From Bipalium vagum (taxonomy: Eukaryota): DNA of 35,813 nucleotides. A program made the position numbers and the translations under genes. This document shows positions 13,821 to 25,720 of this stretch, in pieces. Under the pieces are notes generated by a model. The model worked only from the letters and a program-made list of their open reading frames with translations. It was not told where the DNA came from and ran no database searches. The stretch lies in the NCBI GenBank assembly GCA_037834085.1, contig JBBMKC010198386.1:1-35813 (forward strand). The letters run 5' to 3'. Position 1 is the first letter of the stretch. Every line of letters starts with the position of its first letter.

Positions 13821-14459
13821 AGAAGTTGGTTAATTAGAAAAGTGATAAGTGTAAGTTTATTTACCTATGTAGTTTACTTTTCCGAAATACAAAGTTTCCT
13901 TTCAGTAATGTTTTTATATATCTACGAATTTATTGACTTTTTATCCACACCACATATCTCTTAGAGAATTATGTTTTCTAAATAATATCATAATTTTAAT
14001 TAATTTAGATATCACATTAATAAATAAGAAGACCCCTAAGTTAAACCAAAACTTTCTGAAATATTCAGAAATGATTTACTATGTAATACCAAAATATAGA
14101 CGCATTAGACGGTTTAAAGTGAATTTTACATTACGAGATTTCCAAAAATAAGTTTATTTAAATTTCTACAATATTTAACTAAAATAAAAAATTTTTTCAT
14201 GTATTAGTATTGAAAATAAAAGAAAAATTATTTAAAATTTAGTTTTAATCTTTTAATTATTTAAAATATTAGTGAAACCGAAAATTGAAATTTTTTTCAT
14301 TTTAGTCAATTTTTGTAAAAATGAAAAACTAAACATTTTACTATAATATTGATATTATAAAAAAGTATAATTTTGAAAAAGGAATTAAAATGTTAAGGTG
14401 ATTATTAAAACAATTTATGAATTTTTTTTATCATGTGCCATTTATTTCAGATTTTTTTA

Positions 14460-15200
14460 ATGTTTCGACTGAATCCTGTGTCTCTTTAAGTGGCTAAATA
14501 AATAAAAATCTTTTGATGCTAGATCCGGACTATAAGCAAGCTGTGGCAGTAAAACTGTCAATCTTGTTTGAAATCATTTGAGCATAATGAGGCTGCGCAT
14601 TATCATGAGGTATGATTATCGAGTGACCGCTGCGATGTTTTCTTTTTAACTTTTTAAGTGGTCATTTTTAATATCTGACAATAGTTTTCTTTGTTAATTG
14701 CTTCATGAATTCCCAGAAAATCAATGAAGACCTGCTTGGTCCAAGAAAAATATTAGCATAATCCTCTCCCGTGGTTGCAAAATCTTTGGTTTACTTTGTG
14801 TCATGAATTAGGGCAACACCATTCTATGCTTTCGTGATTTTCGTTGGATCATGATATCAACTGAAAACTATAAATAAATCTTATCGTGATACATATTCTT
14901 GCAAAGTTCAGCACAGATCTCCATTGATTGTTTGGTCATTTCATGACTTAAGAATTTTGGAATCCAGCGAGACATAATTTTTAAGCCTAATTTTTCAATT
15001 ATTGAATGAACACTTTCAACAGCTATTCCGACTGGTTTAGACAATTCGATGTTCTTTGATCTTTATTCTCAGGAATAGTTTCTTTTTGTAAAGTAACTGG
15101 ATGAAACTGTACTTTTCCCATAGTACCAAGACGTAAATATTGTACACTTAGTACAATATTCAAAAAAATGATGACTCCAGCATTATTTACCATTTTGTCG
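14460..15200 (-). mobile_element. Degenerate mariner transposase
   Basis: Minus strand gives GIAVESVHSIIEKLGLKIMSRWIPK, IIPHDNAQPH and AYSPDLASKDFYLFSHLKRH. Confidence 0.88.
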
Positions 15201-15725
15201 AATATCATTAGGTTTTGTTGTATTTAGAATTTGCGTTACAAACATTGTTCAGTAATGTATTTAGTTGAAACGTTTAAAAAATCATTTCACAGTAAAACCC
15301 CATTTTAGCGCACCTGCTTTCATTTTTTTGCTACTAACATTTTATTTTACGGATTCCATATTTTTAGGTCTTTTCACTATAAAATTTAATGTTTCTTTTA
15401 ATTAGCCAAATAACAAATACATTAAGTTAATTTTTATTTATATCACATGTTAATTAGTAAAAAATACTTAATTTTCACAATCTATCAACGCAAATCCATA
15501 CAGAATCAAAGAGTTCCAGACAATTTTAGAGTCAACCAATTAAAAATATAAAAATAAAACAAAAATAACAAGAGTAAATCAAAAAGTTAATGCTGACTGG
15601 TTGATACTAACATTTTTACAAATGAACAAAAATTTAAAAAATGATTTTTTGTATTTCTTACGCTTTTATATTACTGAAACCTTTTCGTAAACTTAGCTCG
15701 TAAAGTTTACTGACCCCTTCATTTT

Positions 15726-16518
15726 TGTCATAACTTGTTCGCAAATAAATGAATCAAAACAACTACAAATAACACTTTATTTGAATTATCACAATTATAA
15801 CGGTGATCATACAATCTTAAACATTAAATGCCTCAACAAAATGAAAAATAAAGAATAATAATCAATCAATCAAATAATATCAGTTAAATCAAAATTTCAG
15901 TAAAATGTCAATTAATAAATAGAATTAAATGTATAATTTAAGATAAGAAAAAACAGTGATAATAACTCTCACCGATCCCGTAAACAACAGGTCCAAAGGG
16001 TCGCTTGCTGAGCCGGGTCCCGCTCACTCAGAAATGTCCTTACAGCACAGGACCCATTGTTAGCTTCTGTCTCATAATTGAGAGCATAAAGAGTTGCTTA
16101 TCAAATAAAATTTTCTTCTGGCGGTTTTCTTCTGACCTCCCAATTCCTTTTATACTATTCTCGTCAGACGACTAATCAGTCAGAGACCAGTTTTATTAAT
16201 GGGAAATGTCAATTCCCTTTATAGATCATTAATTCAAAATTGGTCCCTCTTTGCTGACCCTGATCTAACCTCGGCAAATTGACTTCGCCATTGTCAAGAT
16301 TAGATCCTTTTTGGGAAATAATAAATTGCTATTTTATTATCAATATCCTTTTACTTCAATTTGTAATTTGTAATTAATTATAATTATTATTTTTAGTATT
16401 AATATTATTATTTCACTTCTGACCCTTTTGTGGTCTTAATAATTAATTTAAAATTATTATTATAAATATTCTAGACCTTTTTGTGATCTTCAACAGATAG
16501 TTTTAAAAAGGGTTAACA
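15726..16518 (-). mobile_element. Candidate LTR (~790 bp)
   Basis: Minus strand starts TGTTA (16518) and ends TGACA (15726). It has a GC-richer non-coding interior, short repeats (gacc(c/t)ttttgtg(g/a)tctt ~16421/16474), TATA-like agtataaaag (~16148-16157) and AATAAA ~50 bp before the end. No TSD seen. Confidence 0.45.
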
Positions 16519-17590
16519 GGAATGTGCCCGTATTCACCAAACATATTCATTACACTTCTAAGTAACATAATACAAAAATGGTTAAAACTGAAAAACTTTA
16601 ATTTCTGGTTTGGATTCTTTGATTTTTCCGGATCTTTTGATTCACCATCTTATATCGCTTACACAAACAATCGTGAAATATCCAAAGAAGGCAATAATCA
16701 ATAAATTAAATCTTAATCAATTTTTAAATATCCGTGTGAAAGGAAAAAAGCAGAAGAGTATCAAAAGGAAATTCTTAAAACTTGCAAAAATGATTTTTAT
16801 TTCCATATAGGCCTTAATAATTGCTAACATTTGACCGGGTTATTTCTAAAATTATCTTAAATCAATCCGGACTCTATCTTGAGGTAAATACGAAATCATT
16901 TTTATTATTTTCTGATCATTTTTGATAAAATGACACCAGTCTTTGTTTTTTAACTCTTAAAAATACTTTTAATTAATAGTATGAATTAGTGAAGTATTAT
17001 TATTATTACTTGATTACTCTACTCTTTGATCATTTAACTCAACGACTACTTTAGTAACCCTTAAGATTCAACCGCTTTAACTCTGTTTTCAACTATTTAA
17101 CCGTTTTGTGCCCAACAGTATGAACTACTCATAACCTAGTTTTAAGACTAAAATTTACTCAGATCACAGAAAATAAGTAATGAGAACAAGTTTGTCATAA
17201 TTTTTATTCATTATAACAGTTTGCAACAAAAATTTTCTGTAATAACAATACTGATTAAGCTATTCAAATTCATTGGTAATAGGTTTTTAAAGTTGTTACA
17301 TGTTTCAAATAATTTTTTAACGTTTTGGCCCACATAGACACAGAGACCCACCTGCTGCCCACTTTTTTTCTAAATTATGCTATTGTACTAATTTATATTC
17401 TTGAAGGTCCATGTTATATACAGTTCATTTTACAAGAATAACCTCATCTTAACTATTACTTAAATCAACAGACAGGGTTTCACACAATTTCTTATATTAT
17501 TGAATTTACTATAAGACATGATTTACTTTATATTAATAAGTAACATTATTACTAAGATTTGGACCATTTCATTTTTCCTACTTACAAATA

Positions 17591-17990
17591 CGTATGTCAG
17601 TTGAAATGTGTTTGGAATGATAAACAAACAGAATATATTTCTTATAATAGTTAACATCATTGTTTTTTGAAGTATTCATTATCTACACACTTTTCCATTC
17701 TGTCAAATCAATCATTGAAACATTTATACCAATTCGAAGTTTGAATGTCCAAAACATGTGATTTGAATGTTTCTATAGCCTGTTCGGGACATGAAAACCG
17801 CTGTCCACGAAATTTTCTTTTAATGAAACCAAAAATAAAGGAGTCTCTTGGTGCCAAATGAGGACTGTGAGATTGATGGCTTAATAATTCAACGTTTTGC
17901 GTCCTCAAAAAATCGATTGTTGTATGGGTTGTAAAGGAAGTGGTATTATCATGATGGAGCATAATGGAACGTTTTGACGTGTAGTACTTT
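17591..17990 (-). mobile_element. Mariner 3' third with eroded TIR
   Basis: IMLHHDNTTS..HQSHSPHLAPRDSFIFGFIKRKFRGQRFSCPEQAIETFKSHV..WYKCFND*FDRMEKCVDNEYFKKQ*, plus TA|cgtatgtcagttgaaa TIR-like end at 17589. Confidence 0.88.
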
Positions 17991-18099
17991 ATTAAATAAA
18001 ATATAATCTAACCAATTTATGTAGAAAGTGTAATTAATAATTTTTTTCTGAAATAAAAGTAAATTAGCTTTTGAAATGAAAACAATTTTATGAGATAAA

Positions 18100-20208
18100 T
18101 GTTACTAAATAAAAAAATACGACATTAAAGTTAACAAAGTGGACCATAGGTGCTTGGTGTATAAAAAATTTATCAAAGTTCTAGTGTTTTACTTACAAAT
18201 GCAACGTAGATATTATAATTTGAAGTTATACTAAAGGAAGACTTAGTTTTGACACGGGACTAATATGATATAATGCTGAAGATCACGAAGTCTTAAGAAT
18301 CTTATTGAAACCGAATTAAATTGTCCATGTTGGTTGGTCTCACTTCATCCCTCAACATAACAAAAAGTTTTAATAATAAATAACGCATTGAAAAGCACAT
18401 TAATTGTAGATGCGTTCTGACTATAAGCAGGAATAGTCTAAAAAGGACTTAGTCTTGAAATAATTATACAAAAACGACTATCAAAAATGGATCAGAAGAA
18501 GGAATTTTAAGTCAATGTTGTGAGACAAAGAAGCTATACAGAAACAGTTCAAAGAAAGTTTCCCAAAGAATTTCAGCCGAAACGTGCTGGTACATTTTCG
18601 TACAATCGAATTACTGAAAGGAAAAAACTGACATCTACTCCTATAATTAAAGAAGCACAGAAAGAATATCGAAGAAATGACGAATTTAGAAGACAACAAA
18701 GACAAGAAGATAAACCAACATATTCAGAGCAACGAGAAGCTCCACAGTTATCTACCAAGCAAATAGCCATAGATGTAAATGTATTCCAGCGCCACGAGAT
18801 GAATATCTGCGGCCGGATAAATGTTTTTGTTGTGGTGGTGACGATCATGTGCGAATGCATTGTGGAAAAGATGATCATTTTTTCCGTTCATGCCCGATAT
18901 TAAGCTCAAATCCAAGAATTCCAAGAAGATCCTTGATGTCCATTCACAATGAAGTAGAAGATGATTCACGAAACTAAGACGATGCTTATGAATCATATGA
19001 AGAAAAAACTAGGCCGACCTCACTGCTCACATTTCGCCTGTGGAGTTGAACCATTAAGATCATCACAAAATCGGAATGTGCCAGATGCTGAGATGTTCGA
19101 GACAGTGAATGGAAGACAGTGGAGCTGGATGAAGATAAGAAGCATGAAGATCGAAATTTTGTGGAATTTCGGAGCCTCAGTTACTGTGATGAACGAAAAT
19201 TGTTGGAAAAAACTTCGGAATTCAGGTCTAATAAAAAGAAAAATGTTTTTGAGCGGCATATTTTCTTCTGGAGGAGAAAGACCACTTGGATCGTTTAAAG
19301 CAAATATCTCTTGGAAGGGAAAGGAGGTCGAAGTTGATACTATTGTCGTGAAGAAGCTGCAGCCCGACTTTATCGGTTAAAGATCATTACTATTGATCAT
19401 TGATGTGGAATTCAGTCAAACGATGTTTAAAAACCTGTGATGTTTATGCCATGAGAAAAATTGATCAAACATGCACAAAAGAAATCCTTATTTCGAAAAG
19501 AAGCTCACATTTCTTAGAACAGATCCTGGTAGCCTTTTTGAAAAAAGCAGCGGCACAATAGAAATATATGGTTGTCATTATTGACCGTTTTAGCAAACTA
19601 GTGAGTCTATGCGCGATGTTCAAACTTGGTCAATTAATCTTCAAGGCAATAATTAATAATTTTATTTATAAATTTGGGAAGCCGAAGAGTATTTTAACAG
19701 ATCGAGGAAAGACCTCAATATCCAGTGTAAATTCAGTTCACCCTACCAGCATCAGTAGAACGGTCTAGTCGAGCGAGCAATTCGAACGATTCGAGATATG
19801 ATAACCACATCTCTAAAGAGTGATTGTCAAGAAAAAGATTGGCACGAATTGTTCCCAAAAATTGAGTTTAGTATCAATACTATTCAGCAGACCTCAACAA
19901 AGTTTTCTCAATTTGAGATTTTATTGGGCTACAAAGTCAATATTCATTCCGGCAGCCTTGACCAAATCTATCCAGATACAGAGATCATTAGAGAAGCTCG
20001 AAGAAACTTAGATGTTGCAGCCGATAAAATGAAGAACTTCGAAACGGATATTAGAGATCGACGTGAGTTTTCAATTGGAGAAGAAAAAGAAAGAGGCGCA
20101 AAACAAAAAGAAGAAAATATTTCAAATATGAAGGTCTATACAAGATCACAAACTTCCTATCCCCACATCAAGTCGAACGTGTTAAGTAATTATGTTTTGT
20201 TTGAATAG
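18100..20208 (+). mobile_element. Gypsy/Ty3 LTR retrotransposon remnant: gag knuckle, protease, integrase; RT and RNase H absent
   Basis: CCHC knuckle CFCCGGDDHVRMHC at ~18822; protease ILWNFGASVTVM..DFIG (ORF 18961-19380); integrase WNSVKRCLKTCDV, VIIDRFSKLV, FGKPKSILTDRG, SPYQHQ*NGLVERAIRTI, DWHELFPKIEFSIN..FEILLG. Candidate 5' LTR TGTTA..TAACA at 18100-18362 is weaker. Confidence 0.9.
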
Positions 20209-20339
20209 ATACTTTTTATAACTCTGAAGTATTTTAAATTTTTTATAAAAAAGAACTAGTTATGTATATTTAGCTTTACATTTTCACTTCAAAGTTGACC
20301 TTTACTTAAACGATAAAGATCCTCCAAATCATTCCTAAA

Positions 20340-21119
20340 ACTAGTAAATATTATTAAAAACGACCCGCTTTGGTTAACAGAAGAAGGGCTCCCTTCATCA
20401 AGATAACGCATACCCACATGTTGAAAAGGCTACGTTAGAGAAACTCAGAACCTTGGAATACGAAATAATAGGTCATCCACTGTTTTCGCCTGACATTGTC
20501 CCGTAGAACTATCTCCTATCCCGGGGTCTACAACACCATTTGGGTGGATTAAAGATGGATACCATGGATGAGGTAAAAACGGTACTGGACGCAAAAAAAT
20601 GACAACGCAAAGGATTTATCAAGGGGACCCAGCGAGCTCATTTATTATTTTTCTTTTTGTACATTCGGAACCTCGTCTGTAGTGATCTCTCTTTCATCAC
20701 TCTCTTTATAATTAGTAATTGCATTTTTATCATTATTTTGGCGTGATTATTATTTGACATTTTGATTAACGGACCCATTGTTATTATTTATTGGGGTGAT
20801 TTACAAAGTCAATTTTTGTTTTTATATCTAGCTGTGATCGTGTTTTTCCAATAAAGTTTTATTGTGAGAGTTTTGATTCAGTAGATAAGGTTTTATTGAG
20901 AGAAGTTTGGTTCGAGTTGAGAGTAACCGAATAACGAACACAACATTGTAAACATGAAGAGTTACGGGTACGCTACCGCAAGTCACTGTGTCAATGTATA
21001 ATTGTAACACATTGTATAGAACGAGGGAACATATTTTATTTAATAAATTTCATCAAAAAATCTTCTTTTTGTAGTTTAAAAATATTAGGAAAAACCTCAT
21101 TACTTATGGGATGACCTAA
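20340..21119 (+). mobile_element. Mariner 3' half with TIR, interrupted by an insertion at ~20641-21009
   Basis: RPALVNRR..HQDNAYPHV..IIGHPLFSPDIVP*NYLLSRGLQHHL to ~20640. It resumes at 21011 with IV*NEGTYFI*, then TIR cattacttatgggatgacctaa|TA (21098-21121). Confidence 0.88.
20779..21009 (-). mobile_element. Candidate short LTR (231 bp) nested in the mariner
   Basis: TGTTA...TAACA termini and AATAAA signals. On the minus strand it is followed by aTGGgtccg at the PBS position, and it sits exactly where the mariner reading frame is interrupted. Confidence 0.6.
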
Positions 21120-22179
21120 TAAATCAGTTTTATGTTCTTTTTATTTGATAATAAGATTGTTATTCTTATGTACTGTTATATACTAATAAAAGATTAAAAA
21201 TATGTTCTAATAAAATTATAAAATTAAACTGGACATATGATTCATATGCAATGTTGAAAATAAAAAATTCAGAAAATAATAATAATATTAATATTATTAA
21301 TAATAATAACAATAAATAATAAATATCACTAATTTACGTTACATTACCTGGTGCAAAGTTATCCATTAGAATATATTTTTAATTTTTAATTAGCAAAACT
21401 TTCAGAAAATAATATTAATATTAAAATTATTATGTAAGATGATCTTGTAATTATTTCTTCACCATTAATAATATTATTACCGGTGATATGAATTTGAAAG
21501 CTTTCAATTAATATAGTTTCACTTGATTGATCTCTGTCGATGTCTGCATAACTGTTTATTTATCATAATTAATTATATAATATATCCTAAATAATTGGAA
21601 ATAAAGTTTAGTTTAATTATAATTATTTTTTATGTACATGAGTAACCTGATCTTATATTTTGCCTTTTTGATTATATCAGTAATTGTCATCCAATTATTT
21701 CAGTTATTTGTTATTAATATAAATTAAATTTTTATTTTTTTATATATTTCTACCCCAGCTGCTATTCGTTTATTAATAATAATAATTTGTTTATTAAAAG
21801 TAATTAATTCAAAAAAAATTTATATATTAATAAAATAAAATATTATTTTATGTCTACAATAGACTTCTGTTATTAAGGTCTGGTAATATGTTTACATCAG
21901 ACCCTGTCAGTGCTCTGTATCATGTCAAACAAATATTGATGAAAACAATACTTTGATCAGACTTCAAGTTAAAACCGATAAGAGATCAATTAGTGTTAAA
22001 CTTTTAAATAAGTTAAGCCACATAATTAGTGGTGATAAAATCTAAAGATAGATCACCATTTTCTAGGACTTTTACAAAGCACGTATAGATTTGAGATAAA
22101 TTAACAGAGGGCTATAAAAGATTAATGAAACTGTTCATTATCAAATGCATTTCTAACTACTATTTATTTAACCAAAATT

Positions 22180-22732
22180 ATGATACTTGATCGCTTGACG
22201 AATGGAGAGAAATCTATAGCAATTGGTAGACATTTAAAGGTGGGTGAATCAACAATTAGAGCAATTAAAAATGAGGTATCAATGAGGAAATCCATTAGTT
22301 TCGGTACAAATTTGAGCGCTAAATTATCATCATATTCCGGAGACCCTTTAATAGAAAAAACAGAAAAAGTCCTCGTAATTTGGATTGAAAACTTAACTCA
22401 AAAAAGAATTCCAATAAAAGGATATTTAATTAAACAGAAAGCTCTACGGTGTTACGAACAGATAAAGAAATCAGAGTCATCTAAGGCCTCATTTTAGGCT
22501 AGTGCAGGATGGATAACTGGAGAAATCAGTCCCACTTAGTGCCAATTTAATTTGCGAAGGCCTTCAACTTGCAAGTAAATTGGAAAATCATTTTTTATTA
22601 AATGACCACGATTCAGAGCGTACTTTAAAATTAACACGTGATATGAAATTTTGTATGTCAGGTTACCGAGAACTCTATAAAAATTTATCCAAACCATCAT
22701 AGACATTAATTACTGACTATTTTATGCATTAA
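22180..22732 (+). mobile_element. Internally deleted Tigger/pogo (TIGD1-like) transposase
   Basis: HTH-psq/CENP-B region ILDRLTNGEKSIAIGRHLKVGESTIRAIK..EKVLVIWIE..IKQKAL..F*ASAGW is joined directly to a C-terminal EGLQLASKLENHFLLND..YRELYK..LITDYF*. The DDE domain is missing. Confidence 0.88.
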
Positions 22733-23305
22733 TAATAATAAATGTGGCTTGTTTTCATGTTTGTTTTTGTGTAGTTGCTTTTTTCGTATTTACAAACAGT
22801 TGAGACCCTCAAAATAACATTTTTATAATAAATAATTTTTTCAAATTCCAATGGGGGACCGTTAGATAAAAATTTCCAGGCGGTGGTCCGTATCTATCAT
22901 TTTGTATATAATTTTTTTTTTGAGACTTTTTCTGGTCCGTATCTACCGCATAAAAAGAGAATGTAGTGTAAAATAAAATGTTTTTTTTAGGCTGACTATT
23001 TTGATTACTTTCATTTGTTTTACTACCCATGTTCTTTGCCGGAAGTGATCGGACTATATTTTCTAAGGTAACAATAGATTTTTAAAAACATTATAATATC
23101 ATGATTAACATAAATAACTTTTGTCTAAACCTGATAATTATGCGGCTCGATTAATAAAAGTTTTGGATCTCCGTATTATTTGATTTTTGAAAACGTTTGA
23201 GAGATGAATGAACAGACTCCTTAATAATTTCGAGTTAGGCTATTTTGGAAATCATTAATAAATTTTATCAAACTCAGTAATTACTTCGCCTGGTCTAAAT
23301 GAATA

Positions 23306-23877
23306 TTAGGGTATCCCAAGAATTCGTGGTCATTACAATTAGAAATCAAAACAAGTATTTATTATGACGTTTACAATATGAATCAATCTTCAAAATATAA
23401 TCCGTTGTCGTGTTTAATTGTTTCTAACCATCTCCCTGTTAATTCTTTTATATCTTTCATGTACCACTCTTCACCGGTTCTCACTTCTTCCACATTCTAA
23501 AAAAGTTTCCCTTGCTATGAAATTAAAGAGGTAATATATGCTGGATGTCTTATTACTTCAATCTCTTCTAGTTCTCTTATTTTATTTTTGGTTTGACAAG
23601 CAACATGTGAACGAGCATTGTCCTGCTGTAACAGAGCACGTTTCCTGTTTATTAGAACTGGGTATTTGGACGCAAGGATTTTATACATACGCTGCAGCTG
23701 CTCAACATAAAACTTGGCTATGATTATACGTCCATTTAGAACCAAATCTAATTGTATTTGCCCCGTAATTCCACCAGACACACAATGAAACTTTTTGTTC
23801 AATTCGTTGGCTCTTGGCTATTTACCTTTAAATATAAAAATTTCAAAAAGCGACCACAAACTTTTGGGACATTCTAC
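23306..23877 (-). mobile_element. Internally deleted mariner with both TIRs and TA target sites
   Basis: TIR pair ttagggtatcccaagaattcgtggtc (23306) versus the reverse complement of 23852-23877 matches at 19/26 by hand, with TA on both sides. The interior encodes YPVLINRKRALLQQDNARSH..IEVIRHPAY..GLYFED*. Confidence 0.88.
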
Positions 23878-24836
23878 TAGAATCTTTAGCAAAAATTAAC
23901 AACATTTGAAATCCTAGGTAAAGTACTTGTTTACTCTCTAGAAGTATTTTTAATCCAATAATAAACAGAATTTATAAAAATCAAGATAGGGATATCATTT
24001 GAAGATAATTGTGGAGAACATTAAAATTGAATGAAGACAATTTAAATGAATAGATCGAAACATGTATCACGATAGCTTTATAAATAAAATTTTGTTTGTT
24101 CAGAAATGTTTTCTAAGAAAGGGTGTATTTGAAAAGAAAATCATATGGTCTCTGAAACTTCATACATTTTTAATTATATTCTTAAATAAAAAATAGCTAT
24201 ACATGAAAGATTTATACTCAAATTGTTTCACGTTCAGCACAAAATAAAAACTAATATTACTAAGAATATTGATCTAAGCTACTTTTTGGAGAGTAAACAA
24301 ATGAGTTTACTTAAGATTTTAAATATTCTATTCATTTAGAGCAGGCGAAGTAATTATATATGAAAAATAAAAGATATGTTATAATAAAGATATATATACA
24401 TGATGGAATGATCCAGTAAAAATTAGAATGTGAATAAATTATTAGTGAGAAGAATAAATTATTAATAAATTTTATATTTGTATTATTATTATTGTTATAC
24501 ATACAAACCTGTGTGTTAGTGGTCCAAGAAATATCAAATAATATCCATGTTGATAATATTGTTAATTGTTATATATTAGTAAATTTTATTTGAGAGGAAA
24601 ATTAAGCGACTAAATAAATTATTATTTTAATGATTGTCCATTGTCATGACAATTATTCCTAATTAATTACTCTAAAAATTGAAAACAATTATAAAAAACC
24701 GCGATTATCAAAACAAAAATTATATCGTTGGAAAGATAAAAATATCCCATATACTGACAATGAAAATATTTTTTTATTTCGTTGTGATTCCTGTTGTTTT
24801 AAAGAAGACAACAATGTTTAGGGAAAATATCAATGT

Positions 24837-25235
24837 TAAAAACTTATTGATTAATGTTTTGATCAATACATACTATTCATTTATTTGTTATTATTTAGAT
24901 ATAACAATTGTTATAATAAATCTTTGAAGATTTATCAAACCCATATCCAAAGGTTGTAGAATTAAAGCGGTATTTTTGGGCAAAATTTTCAATATTTGAG
25001 AAGCTTTCACAAATATGTGATGGAACATTATCGATCACAAGGAGAATCTTTTTTAAAATTATTATTAAATTTTGAAAGCCATTTATGAAAAATTTTCGAG
25101 TCATTCTTATTGTGAATTTACTTAATATTTAGATCTGATACTTTTATATTTCTAAAACTTCGATGGTTATCATACTTTTCTATAATAAAAAATTTTTCAT
25201 CTAAGTTATATACATTCTCGATTGCATATTGACTA
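24837..25235 (-). mobile_element. Tigger/pogo DDE fragment; inverted near-copy of 34718-35223
   Basis: QYAIENVYNLDE, KILLVIDNVPSH, LILQPLDMG; nucleotide match to the 34.7-35.2 kb copy. Confidence 0.92.
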
Positions 25236-25303
25236 GTTTTGACTAATTTTCTTTAGAAATATAATATAATAATAGAATATAATAATTTTCATCATTATGT
25301 CTA

Positions 25304-25720
25304 TTAGACGTACCCGTAAATAATGCAGATTTTTGACAAACACAACTCAAAAATTTCAAAAAATACAGAAATATTTTATTCAAAGAAATGTCCATTACAT
25401 TAACAATACATTATTAACATTTTTCCATCTTTCAGGTAAATTCTATATGCCGTCCCAAAAAGGCTTTTTCTTTCAAGGCGAAGCATTCATGAATGGCAAT
25501 TTGCGTAATTCTTGAAGTGCTGCTCAATAAGTCCATGTGCCATCGACCGGACAAATAGAAATCTGAAGGAGCAAGATCTCTTGAGTATTGATGCGTACTT
25601 ATGAGATTGGTTCTCTTAAAGTAAATTTGATTGCTTTTGAAGTGTGTGACAATGCTTTGTCATGAATCGAAATTACTTTACCATACCTTTAGGCCAATTC
25701 TGGAAGTTTGGTAATCCAAA
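25304..25720 (-). mobile_element. Mos1-like mariner 3' fragment with eroded TIR
   Basis: HDKALSHTSK, YSRDLAPSDFYL, MAHGLIEQHFKNY, FWDGI*NLPERWKNV, NGHFFE*; TA|ttagacgtacccgtaaataatg at 25302. Confidence 0.85.

Noticed and set aside
17320-17490. Possible Tc1-like fragment (GGS..VSMWA) on the minus strand
   Set aside because: Only one eroded motif.
18481-19259. Several minus-strand ORFs
   Set aside because: Antisense shadows of the Gypsy gag-protease region.
21876-21905. Small hairpin ggtctg..cagacc
   Set aside because: Too short to support an ncRNA; it may belong to the adjacent Tigger end.
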